Of a stretch of DNA of 64,000 nucleotides, positions 17,211 to 25,716 are shown in pieces. The notes below the pieces were generated by a model, which worked only from the letters and a program-made list of their open reading frames with translations, had not been told where the DNA came from and searched no databases. This DNA is from Myxococcales bacterium (GTDB taxonomy: Bacteria > Myxococcota_A > Polyangia > Polyangiales > Polyangiaceae): NCBI GenBank assembly GCA_043747615.1, contig JAYTOU010000056.1, forward strand, positions 1-64,000, read 5' to 3'. The position numbers and the translations under genes are program-made. The first letter of the stretch is position 1. Each line of letters starts with the position of its first letter.

Positions 17211-18076
17211 GCGGCACCTCCTGAATCCGAGGAGTCGGGGCTCGTGTCTGTCTTGGCCGCTTTCGACGCCGCCGCGCCGTCACGCGCAAGAACGCCTGCT
17301 CGTGCGCCAGGACCGACTTGCTCTTCGTAGCAGTCGATCAGCGCGCGCTGAAGCTTCTGACGTGCGTGGAACAAGCGACTCATGATCGTCCCTTTGGATA
17401 CTCCCATCGCTTGAGCCATCTCTTCGTAGCTCAGGCCTTCGACTTCGCGCATCACGATGACGCCACGGTGGTAGGAGGGGAGCGCTTCGAGCGCTTCTTG
17501 GAGGCGCGCGCCGATCTCACGCCTTCGAACGACATCGGCTGGGTCGGATCCATCGACCCGACTGAGAAACGGAAAAACGGCGTCTTCGTTCTCTTCCTCG
17601 AGACGACGCTCGGCCCCGGCGGCATCGACTCCACTGTTCTTATGACCAGGCTTCCGAATGAGGTCGATGCTGAGGTTCGTGATGATCCGATAGAGCCACG
17701 TGAAGAAGCTCGACGTGCCCTGGAAGGTGTGGATTCCCTTGTAGACGCGGAGAAAGGCGTCTTGGACGAGCTCACGTGCGTCGTTTTCATCTCGTACGAG
17801 CGCAAGGGCGATCGCGAACGCACGGCGCTGGTGACGCTCGACGAGCTCACGAAACGCTCCAGTATCTCCTCCTTGCGCACGTGTGATGAGGGCACGATCT
17901 TGCTCCGCTTCCTTCAACCTGGCCTGCTTGGTATTGGACGCGGAAATCGCCCGGTTATTCACCGGCTGCGCAGGCATGGAGGGAGCCTTGGAAGGCTCCT
18001 TTGCACGTTCGTTGGCGGATTCAGGAGGAGTCGGCCCCTCCGTCGTGTCGTTCGCAGGCCCGCCTCGCACGCTCAT
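17207..18076 (-). CDS. ECF (RpoE-family) sigma factor
   Basis: AFRELVERHQ, DAFLRVYKGIHTFQGTSSFFTWLYRI, REVEGLSYEEMAQAMGVSKGTIMSRLFHAR. GGAGG lies before the ATG at 18076. Confidence 0.92.
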   Translation of the reverse strand: MSVRGGPANDTTEGPTPPESANERAKEPSKAPSMPAQPVNNRAISASNTKQARLKEAEQDRALITRAQGGDTGAFRELVERHQRRAFAIALALVRDENDARELVQDAFLRVYKGIHTFQGTSSFFTWLYRIITNLSIDLIRKPGHKNSGVDAAGAERRLEEENEDAVFPFLSRVDGSDPADVVRRREIGARLQEALEALPSYHRGVIVMREVEGLSYEEMAQAMGVSKGTIMSRLFHARQKLQRALIDCYEEQVGPGARAGVLARDGAAASKAAKTDTSPDSSDSGGAA

Positions 18077-18093
18077 TCGGCCTCCAACGTACC

Positions 18094-19260
18094 CTAACGC
18101 CGTCTGGCTTGTTCTTTTTCCGGGAGCTGCATGAGCGTGACTTTCTGCTCGAACACCTTTCCCAAGCGAGAGATGCGGAGAGTAACGGTTTTCCCCACAC
18201 CGGCGGTGCTCGCGAGCCACGTGAGGTGCGAGCCTCGATCGATCGGCTGGCTGTCGAAGGCGAGGATGACGTCGCCCGAGCGAAGGCCGGCTTTCTCTGC
18301 GGGACCATCGGGTGACACGACCTCGATGACCGCGCCCTTGTCTTCCACCAGCTTGAGAGCTGCCTTGTCCTCGGGGGCGAGCTCGTGGACGTCTCGAATA
18401 CGCACGCCGATCGCGCTTCGCGTCACGTGCCCATCGCGAAGGAGCATCGGAAGGAGCTGCTTGACCATGTTGACGGGGATCGCGAAACCAATTCCTTGCG
18501 CGCCGCCGCCGCGAATCGCGGAGTTGATGCCCACCACTTCCGCGCGCAGGTTGAGGAGCGGGCCGCCTGAATTTCCAGGGTTGATTGAGGCGTCCGTCTG
18601 CAAGAAATCGTAATAGCCCGCGGGGTCGAGGGGCACGTCCTGGTTGGTGCGCCCCTTTGCGCTGACGATCCCTGCGCTGACCGTGTGCGACAGGCCAAAC
18701 GGGTTTCCGATGGCCACGACCCAGTCGCCGACCTCCATCGCGTCCGAATCGCCCAGGACGAGCGGCGTGAGCGGCGGATGGTCTTTGGCGTCTACCTTGA
18801 TGACCGCGATGTCGGTGCGGGGATCGCGACCGAGGACCCGTCCGGGGTACTCTTTGTCGTCGGAGAGCTTCACGGTGATCGTGTCGGCGCCATCGATGAC
18901 GTGGTTGTTGGTGAGGATGGTGCCGTCCTTGTCGACGAGAAAGCCGGTGCCGAGCCCCTTCGTCTCCCGGCGACGCGCGCGGCTGCCAAAAGGAGAGTCC
19001 TCGATCTCTTCACCGATGGTCTGGATCGTCACCACGCTCGGATCGGCTACCCTGGCGATCGGCGCGAAGCTGAGAGGCGTGCTCTTGGTGATGTCGGAGC
19101 TCGGCCCCGGCGCTCGCTCTGGCTCTTTTGGAACGGTGGGCACGGCTCCCGGGAGGAGCGTCGCGCCCGAAGGAATGGGCGCCTCGGAGCCGCCGTCGAC
19201 CTTTTTCCCATTGCATCCGACGACAATGACGAGAGCCAGGACGGCCGCACCGAATCGCAT
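18094..19260 (-). CDS. HtrA/DegP-family serine protease with one PDZ domain, probable lipoprotein
   Basis: Lipobox VVGC; catalytic TNNHV, DIAVIK, QTDASINPGNSGGPL; PDZ SPDGPAEKAGLRSGDVI. Confidence 0.92.
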   Translation of the reverse strand: MRFGAAVLALVIVVGCNGKKVDGGSEAPIPSGATLLPGAVPTVPKEPERAPGPSSDITKSTPLSFAPIARVADPSVVTIQTIGEEIEDSPFGSRARRRETKGLGTGFLVDKDGTILTNNHVIDGADTITVKLSDDKEYPGRVLGRDPRTDIAVIKVDAKDHPPLTPLVLGDSDAMEVGDWVVAIGNPFGLSHTVSAGIVSAKGRTNQDVPLDPAGYYDFLQTDASINPGNSGGPLLNLRAEVVGINSAIRGGGAQGIGFAIPVNMVKQLLPMLLRDGHVTRSAIGVRIRDVHELAPEDKAALKLVEDKGAVIEVVSPDGPAEKAGLRSGDVILAFDSQPIDRGSHLTWLASTAGVGKTVTLRISRLGKVFEQKVTLMQLPEKEQARRR

Positions 19261-19262
19261 GG

Positions 19263-19544
19263 TTATTCCTTGTTTTTGCCCTTCTTGGTTTTTTCCACGA
19301 AGCGCATTCGGAGGTCGTAGAGGACCTGATGAATGAGACGCTCTTCGTCTCCGCTCAAGTTCCCTTTGGTCTTTTCTTCGATGAGCGAAAGGAGATCGAT
19401 CGTCTGACGCGCGAGCGGAAGACTGGTCTCGGCGGGATGCCCCTCGGGAGGAGGCGCTTCGCCGAGACTCATGAGCACCGAGTGACTGAGCGACAAAACG
19501 AAGGTCGCAAAGTCGATGGTCGGGAGCTCTTCCTCTTTTTTCAC
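19263..19544 (-). CDS. DUF1844-family protein
   Basis: IDFATFVLSL...LGE...LPLARQTIDLL..IEEKTKGNLS.DE...LYDLRMRFV. Confidence 0.8.
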   Translation of the reverse strand: MKKEEELPTIDFATFVLSLSHSVLMSLGEAPPPEGHPAETSLPLARQTIDLLSLIEEKTKGNLSGDEERLIHQVLYDLRMRFVEKTKKGKNKE

Positions 19545-19723
19545 GAATCCTCGCGGCCGCCGATCGCGGGCTGCGCAAGCGTCGCAGGCTCGGACGCGTC
19601 CGTGAGATCCGGGAGCTGGGCCCTCTGCTTCTCGACGTCTTTTTCGTTGAGAATGCCGTGCTTGAGATTTCGCTCACGCACGCGGATGTCCCAATCCCAG
19701 GAGTTGATCTTGGTGTTGCTCAT
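19541..19723 (-). CDS. Small hypothetical protein (60 aa)
   Basis: RBS aagga before the ATG; DIRVRERNLKHGIL...LPDL; overlaps the next gene (GTGA). Confidence 0.65.
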   Translation of the reverse strand: MSNTKINSWDWDIRVRERNLKHGILNEKDVEKQRAQLPDLTDASEPATLAQPAIGGREDS

Positions 19724-19792
19724 GCTTTTGTCCTTCGCTGCTTTGGTGTCACACGGTTGAACAAGGAGCGCGCGGGGAATATGCCCGTGCCC

Positions 19793-20455
19793 TCAGTTAA
19801 TGAGATTTTGCGCTTTTTTCCCGAGGGAAATGAGCCCGATGTCTTCGCCGTCGGGGCCGTGATCGTGATCGCAATCGGGGCCGTGGACATGCGCGCGCGC
19901 CTCTTCGAACTCGGCGGCCGCTTGCTCGATTTCTTCCTCGGTGGCGTCGCGCACTTCGCGCACGTGCACGTCGTAATGGAGGACGATCCCGGCGAGCGGA
20001 TGGTTCGCATCGACCATCACCGACTCAGCCTTCACCTCGACCACGCGCATCACGAGCTCGTCTCCGTCCGGGGATTCGGCCACGAACTCGTCGCCCGCCT
20101 TCACCTTCGCCGGATCGGGAAATTCGGAGCGCTCGACCTCGAGCACGAGCTCGTCGTCGCGATCGCCGAAGCCCTCTTCTGAGCTGACTACGATCTGCTT
20201 CTTGTCGCCGACCTTCAGCCCGACCAACGCCAGTTCGAGCCCAGGCACGAGCATGCCGTAGCCGTGAACGTAGCGAATCGGTTCACCGTCTTCTTCTGCA
20301 CCCGCCAGGGGGCCCGCACCCGCCAGGGGGCCCGCACCTGCCAGGGGGCCCGCACCTGCCAGGGGGCCGCTCGCGTCGAGCACCTCGCCCTCGGGGTTTT
20401 TTAGCGTGTAATCGAGGACGACATAGGAGTTGGGTTGGATGGCCAAAAGAGACAT
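19793..20455 (-). CDS. slyD: FKBP-type peptidyl-prolyl isomerase, SlyD family
   Basis: VVLDYTL, YVHGYGMLVPGLELAL, EEGFG, DANHPLAG, VREVRDATEEEI, and a His/Cys tail HVHGPDCDHDH. Confidence 0.88.
   Translation of the reverse strand: MSLLAIQPNSYVVLDYTLKNPEGEVLDASGPLAGAGPLAGAGPLAGAGPLAGAEEDGEPIRYVHGYGMLVPGLELALVGLKVGDKKQIVVSSEEGFGDRDDELVLEVERSEFPDPAKVKAGDEFVAESPDGDELVMRVVEVKAESVMVDANHPLAGIVLHYDVHVREVRDATEEEIEQAAAEFEEARAHVHGPDCDHDHGPDGEDIGLISLGKKAQNLIN
20298..20369 (-). repeat. 4 x 18-bp tandem repeat encoding (GPLAGA)4 inside slyD
   Basis: gcacccgccagggggccc x2, gcacctgccagggggccc, gcacctgccagggggccg. Confidence 0.95.
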
Positions 20456-20532
20456 TTTCGCGTGGGGGCCTTAGCGCGAACAGGCCCTGCCGTCGAGAGG
20501 GGGGAGGGGGTCAGCTCAGGCCGCGTCCAGGG

Positions 20533-22503
20533 TCAGATTTCTGACGGGTGGGCGATCTTCCCGGCGATGGCGCTCGCGGCGACGACGAGCGGACTTGCAA
20601 GATACACCTTTCCCGGGCCGCTTCTCCCGGGGAAATTGCGGTTTTGAGAGCTCACGGTGACCTGGTTCGGCGAGTCACTCGCGCCTGGACCGGCCTTGAT
20701 GCACGCCCCGCACGAGGGGTCGACCAGCTCCGCCCCGGCCTTGGCGAAGATCTCCAGGTAGCCCATTTTCTCGGCGTAGCGACGAATGTCCTGGGAACCG
20801 AACTGGATGTAGAGGTGAACGCCGGCGGCGACGCGGCGGCCCTTCTCGACGGCGATCTTGAGGACGCTGGCGTACATGTCCATGTCCGTTTTTTTTCCGC
20901 CGGTGCATGAGCCGCCGTACGCGATGTCGATCTTCACGTCCTCGTTTCGGGCAACGAGGGACGTGAGGGGAACGCCGTTGCGCGGATCGCCGGGCGTCGC
21001 GACCATCGGCACGAGCGTGGCCAGGTCGACCTCGAACGTCGCCACGTAGGTTGCGCCTTCGTCGGCGTGGAGGATTCCCTTTCGAATCTCGTCGGCGTTC
21101 GCGCCGCGCTGGGCTACGAGGTAGTCCACCACCACTTCGTCCGCTTCGATGATGCCGGTGAAGCCGCCCGCCTCGACCGCCATGTTGGTGAGCGTGGCGC
21201 GCTCATCGAGCGGCATGGGCTTGAGCCCGTTCCCCGCAAATTCAAGCACTTTTCCGATTCCCTGCCCGGTTTTGAAGAACGGCAGCGACAGAATGTGGAG
21301 CATCACGTCCTTCGCGCACACGCCCGTCGGCAGAGCGTTGGTGAGGACGAAGCGCGCCGTCTCCGGAACGGTCACTCGAACGTCTTTCGTGAACCAGGCG
21401 TTCGCCATGTCGGTCGAGCCAACACCAAACGCAAAGCACCCGAGGGCGCCCGCCATGCACGTGTGCGAGTCCGTGCCCGTCACCAGCTGACCGGGGAGCG
21501 CGATCTCCTCGATGACTTTGTTGTGGCAGATGGCCTCGGAGCCGGCGGCGTTGCCATCCCGGAGGACTTCGCCATACAGCTTGATTTTGTGGCGTTTGGC
21601 GAAGGCGTCTTGCACCGTGGCCAGCGACTCTGCCTGCTCCATCAGCCCCATGTCTTTGTGAGCCTGGGGCATGATCGAGTTGAGGAACGTGAGGTGATCG
21701 CGAAAGGCGAAGACGCTCGCGGGGTCAGTGACCTTGGCGTCCGCGCCCATCTCGGCGGAGAAGATCGCATCGGCCATGGGAGTCACGTACTCGTGCGAGA
21801 AGCGGACGTCGGCGCGGGCGAAGAAGGCGTCGCCTGGCCTAACCGCGGGTACACCCAGTTCTCCCGAAGCGGCGTCGACGATCACGTGCCGCGCCAGGAT
21901 CTTCTCGCACAGGGTCATCGGACGCGCAGCCGTGGTGACCTTTGGCGGCTGCACCTTCCCCGACATGCGCGCGCGGTTGTACGCGAAGAGTCCGCCGTGC
22001 TCGACGACGCTCGCGCTGATCGCATCGAGCCCCTTGGTGAACTCGTCGATCGAAATTTCGTCGCCCCGCGCTATTCGCGGAATGAGCGCGAAGTCAGTGC
22101 TCGTCAAAAGGCCGATATTCTGGGCGTTCTGGCGGTAAATCTTTTCGATGCTCTTGGCGATCACCAGCTGTACGCCGCTCTTGAGCTCGCTGTAAGGCGC
22201 CGTCTCGCGCGACGAGCCGCAGCCCTTCGAGATGCCGCTGACGACCACGCCGAAGCCGCCGTCCTTGATTTGATCGCGCTTCACGGTGCCGCCGCGAAGT
22301 CCGATCAGGCAGTAACGGGCGAGGGTCTCGTCGTAGTAGTAACAAACCCAGCCTGGGGTCATCTCGTCGGTGGAGATGTTTCCGAGGAGCGGACGATCGG
22401 CGTCGTAGGCCAGATCTTTTCCCTCGAGCTGCGCGCCGAGGAGCGTGGGGTCTTCGGTGAGGTAGAGGATCCGGCCTTTGATCTTCACGGAAGCCAGGCG
22501 CAT
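20533..22503 (-). CDS. Aconitase-family Fe-S hydro-lyase; fused small (swivel) and large subunits of isopropylmalate dehydratase/homoaconitase type
   Basis: LeuD-like N-terminus (NISTDE, GCGSSRE, IAKSIEKIYRQN) followed by LeuC-like MTLCEKIL, DHL, TDSHT, GSCTGG, SCGAC, NRNFPGR, YLASP. Confidence 0.88.
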   Translation of the reverse strand: MRLASVKIKGRILYLTEDPTLLGAQLEGKDLAYDADRPLLGNISTDEMTPGWVCYYYDETLARYCLIGLRGGTVKRDQIKDGGFGVVVSGISKGCGSSRETAPYSELKSGVQLVIAKSIEKIYRQNAQNIGLLTSTDFALIPRIARGDEISIDEFTKGLDAISASVVEHGGLFAYNRARMSGKVQPPKVTTAARPMTLCEKILARHVIVDAASGELGVPAVRPGDAFFARADVRFSHEYVTPMADAIFSAEMGADAKVTDPASVFAFRDHLTFLNSIMPQAHKDMGLMEQAESLATVQDAFAKRHKIKLYGEVLRDGNAAGSEAICHNKVIEEIALPGQLVTGTDSHTCMAGALGCFAFGVGSTDMANAWFTKDVRVTVPETARFVLTNALPTGVCAKDVMLHILSLPFFKTGQGIGKVLEFAGNGLKPMPLDERATLTNMAVEAGGFTGIIEADEVVVDYLVAQRGANADEIRKGILHADEGATYVATFEVDLATLVPMVATPGDPRNGVPLTSLVARNEDVKIDIAYGGSCTGGKKTDMDMYASVLKIAVEKGRRVAAGVHLYIQFGSQDIRRYAEKMGYLEIFAKAGAELVDPSCGACIKAGPGASDSPNQVTVSSQNRNFPGRSGPGKVYLASPLVVAASAIAGKIAHPSEI

Positions 22504-22524
22504 CCGATTTCCTTACCACGAAAA

Positions 22525-23538
22525 CTACCGGCTGAATCCGCCACTGAAAGCTTGTTGCGGAGGCGGTGGATAGAACGGGTACGCGGGTGGCGGAGGCTCG
22601 GGAGTGATCATCTGGTACGCGGGACCAAGCGACTGGAGCACGTACAGCGTGTACGCGCGATCGAAGACGTGGAGAGGAGCCGTCAAAATTTGGGAAAGCA
22701 CCGGCAGCGTCCCCACGCAGCAGGTGACGACCCCGATGATCCCTGCGGCAACGCCGATGCCGACCGCAAGTACGGCACGCAAGACGAGATAGCCGAGCAT
22801 TTGCGGGAAATTGCCACTCAAAATCGTGAAGAATGCGCGGACACCATCCGTCGGGGAGAGGTCGAAGCGAAGCATCAGCGGGGCGACGAAATGACGGATC
22901 GCGAAGTCGATCATCCCCTGGCCAAGCAGCATCACTGCGAAGAGCACGAACATCGGCACGAGCTCCTTCAGGTACGCGAACGGATCGGCCAGGCCAGCAT
23001 CCGCGAGTTGAAGGACGCGCCTGACGACGAGCGCGAAGATCGCGAAGTTGGCGATCGAGTCGAGCGTGACGAGAACGAGTCGGAGCTTGAAGAGCTGCCA
23101 TGCGCTCCCCTGCGAGGCTCCCCAATTGCTCCCAAAGCTCACGTCGTTTAGGGCGACCGCACGCAGGACCATCATCTGCCCGCGCGACCCGAGCCACACG
23201 AGACCAATCGTCAGAGGAATGAAGAAGACCGCAGCTCCGAGGGCGATCGGTAAAATGAGGCCGGCGTGATCGTCCACCCACGCGCGCGCCGGCTTGAGGA
23301 GCGCGCTTACGTCGATGCCGCCGCCGGAGGGCGACCCGCCTGGCAGCTTGAGGTTCACGTTGGGGATCGCCGCGCTGTCGACGAACGACGCGAGGAAGAG
23401 CATCATGCCCACCGAAAGCCATGTTCCCGCGTTGAACGGCCGAAAAAGAAGCCGCTTCGTCTGCTCCATGGCCAGTGCGAATCCCGGCATGATTTGCATC
23501 GGAGCAGTGGGCGGCGGAAGGCTCATGCTTCTGGTCAT
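22525..23538 (-). CDS. Multi-pass membrane protein of unknown function
   Basis: Several TM segments; LLFRPFNAGTWL; VTCCVG; Pro-rich tail. Confidence 0.75.
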   Translation of the reverse strand: MTRSMSLPPPTAPMQIMPGFALAMEQTKRLLFRPFNAGTWLSVGMMLFLASFVDSAAIPNVNLKLPGGSPSGGGIDVSALLKPARAWVDDHAGLILPIALGAAVFFIPLTIGLVWLGSRGQMMVLRAVALNDVSFGSNWGASQGSAWQLFKLRLVLVTLDSIANFAIFALVVRRVLQLADAGLADPFAYLKELVPMFVLFAVMLLGQGMIDFAIRHFVAPLMLRFDLSPTDGVRAFFTILSGNFPQMLGYLVLRAVLAVGIGVAAGIIGVVTCCVGTLPVLSQILTAPLHVFDRAYTLYVLQSLGPAYQMITPEPPPPAYPFYPPPPQQAFSGGFSR

Positions 23539-23623
23539 AGTGGCGGTCAGCTATCCGAAAAGCGAGGTTGATGGCCCTTGCGAGCCCAGTTGTCCTTCTG
23601 GAGACGGCACCCGGAGGGCGTGA

Positions 23624-24571
23624 CTAAAGACAGCGGCCGGGGTGCGCGGTCTCCTCGACCTGCTTGCACGTCGTCGTCGCGGGACACGTCTCGGTGGTCG
23701 TCACACCGCGAAAGCACTTCGAGCGCTGCGTCGCGTCTGCACTGCATCGGAAGATGGCGTCGGAGTACGGAGGACACACGTTGCCGTCGGCCTGAGAGTC
23801 GGGGATGTGCACCGGGATCTCCGCGCGGTTGTTGTCGTAGCGAAGCTCCGCGATCATGTGCGCCGGGTTGATGGCGACGACGAGCATGTAATCACCAGGC
23901 GGCACGTCCGTGACGTCAATCCAGTTGCCTTCGGTGGTGTTGAAGTAAGCGTCGGTCCATCCGCGATGGAGCCCGGGATTGTGACAATTCGTCCGCTGCC
24001 TCGGGTTCCAACTCGGCAGCGGCGCGCCTGAGTCGGCCAGCCTCTCCGCCGGCCTGGGGATCAAGTTGCGGCCGCTTCCCTGGATGTTGTCCTCCACGCA
24101 AAACGACTCCTTGTGCCCCTTTGCAGCCTCGCTGCCGTCGAGCGCATTGAGCGTGTAGTCCGCATAGCCCCTGAAGTGGAAGTGGCCGTGGCATGTCGCG
24201 AACTCGAAGTATTTCGGGTTGCCGTGCGTTGGATCTCCAAGGAAGAGATCGCCGGTGCCGACGTTGGTCGTGCTCGTTGTGAACCGCAGAAGCCTGCGCC
24301 TGCCGCCGTCGTGGATCGTCCCCTCGTTGACCGAGCACGACCGCGCATCGACGTCGCGCGTCTCGATGACGATCGATTGCTTCAAGACATCGACGTTGAG
24401 TCGCAGGTCCGGGCACGGTCCGCCGTGATCGCAGTGATCGAACGGGCGCAGCGCGGCGAGATCGGACTCTTCGTCCGCGGTGAGGACCCCGTCTCCCGAG
24501 GCGCACCCGAAGAGGATGGTGGAGACGGCGACGAAGAGAACGTGTCGGAGCATGGTAGGCGTCATGAGCAC
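23624..24571 (-). CDS. Lysyl oxidase-family lipoprotein
   Basis: Lipobox LFGC; RRLLRF, CHGHFH (Cu site), GHKESFCVED (LTQ Lys), GWTDAY (LTQ Tyr), WIDVTDVPPGDY.L...INP...ELRYDNN. Confidence 0.88.
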   Translation of the reverse strand: MLMTPTMLRHVLFVAVSTILFGCASGDGVLTADEESDLAALRPFDHCDHGGPCPDLRLNVDVLKQSIVIETRDVDARSCSVNEGTIHDGGRRRLLRFTTSTTNVGTGDLFLGDPTHGNPKYFEFATCHGHFHFRGYADYTLNALDGSEAAKGHKESFCVEDNIQGSGRNLIPRPAERLADSGAPLPSWNPRQRTNCHNPGLHRGWTDAYFNTTEGNWIDVTDVPPGDYMLVVAINPAHMIAELRYDNNRAEIPVHIPDSQADGNVCPPYSDAIFRCSADATQRSKCFRGVTTTETCPATTTCKQVEETAHPGRCL

Positions 24572-24721
24572 ACGTCGTGCCTAGTACGCTAATGTAGTAC
24601 AGCTTTTGGGCATCTAATAGAATCATGGTGTTACGAGAGGTGCCTTGCCTGCTCGTGGATCATGAACGATCCGTTGGTGGGCTTAATTTTACCGTGAGGC
24701 TGTGTACGACCTGAGTGCGGC

Positions 24722-25618
24722 CTAAACGAGCAGGGCGGGCACTCCAAGGGCCTTTGCCTCTCTCACGACGGTCGAGAGGCCCTCCGTTTGCGAAGCATGA
24801 AGCAGAACATCGGCCGCTCCGATCCATGCGAGCGCATCGGGCCGAGGAAGCCGTCCGACGAATCGCGCGTCGATCTTCCGGACGCGTGCGAGCTCGACCA
24901 GCCTCTCGCGTTCGGGTCCATCGCCGACCACCACGAGTGCCGTCTCCGGTACGTGACGCGCCACATGCTCGATCACCCGGTCGATACGCTTGCTGGCGAC
25001 GAGCCGGGCGACACAGACCGCGAGCCTCTTTTTAGACAGGTCTTCGCGACGCGCGGCGACCAGCGCGCTCACGTCGGGCATCTCGATCGCGCACGCCTCG
25101 ACCCTCGCGATTGCCTCCACACGCGCTCGAACGTCGCGAGGGGCCCCGCGCACCAGATCGTCGAGCAGTGCGTCCGAGACGAACCGCCAAACGGACGCCT
25201 GTTCAGCAATTCGTTTCACGATCGCGCTCCGAACGACGCGGGGAAGGGCTCGAAGAAGGCGCACGTCACCCCCGTGAGAGACGACCTCGAGGTCGTCGCT
25301 GAGCCCAAGGCAAAGCGGAAACGCCGAGGGAACGCACCAATGCGCGATCACCCGATCGACCTTCTCCCGCTTCACGCATCTCCGGAGGCGCCCGAGCTCG
25401 CTGACCACGTTTCCTATTCGCGTGGGCCGCTCCCGCATGCGCGCCGCGACACCAGGCCACCCGAAGGCACCACCGGCCTCGGGCGAATGAACGACGACGT
25501 CGTGCCCCTCGCGTTCGAGCGCCCGCGCCTCCGCTCGCACGAAGTGTCCGGCGGGATCGTCTTCACTTTTCGGATAGCTGGTGGTGACGATCGCGATGCG
25601 CATGCGCTCCCTGTTCAA
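24722..25618 (-). CDS. Glycosyltransferase family 4 (GT-B)
   Basis: MRIAIVTTSYP, VARLVASKRID, VGDGPER, ADVLLHASQTEGLSTVVREA. The C-terminus is short for a GT4. Confidence 0.85.
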   Translation of the reverse strand: MNRERMRIAIVTTSYPKSEDDPAGHFVRAEARALEREGHDVVVHSPEAGGAFGWPGVAARMRERPTRIGNVVSELGRLRRCVKREKVDRVIAHWCVPSAFPLCLGLSDDLEVVSHGGDVRLLRALPRVVRSAIVKRIAEQASVWRFVSDALLDDLVRGAPRDVRARVEAIARVEACAIEMPDVSALVAARREDLSKKRLAVCVARLVASKRIDRVIEHVARHVPETALVVVGDGPERERLVELARVRKIDARFVGRLPRPDALAWIGAADVLLHASQTEGLSTVVREAKALGVPALLV

Positions 25619-25716
25619 ACTCTTCTGTCAGAAATGGTCCACGGGGCGCAACGTCTCTCGCGCGGGGCACATCGGAAGAGATGACTTAGCCTGAGCGGAG
25701 CGGAGCGCCATCCATC

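Noticed and set aside
20298..20369. Direct repeats as a CRISPR array (also 56004-56130)
   Set aside because: Units are contiguous with no spacers, are multiples of 3 and in frame within proteins, and no cas genes are present.
21067..23151. Long antisense ORFs (694 aa here; also 30548-31873, 35315-36637, 14739-15941)
   Set aside because: Shadow ORFs opposite recognised genes, expected from high-GC codon bias; no motifs of their own.
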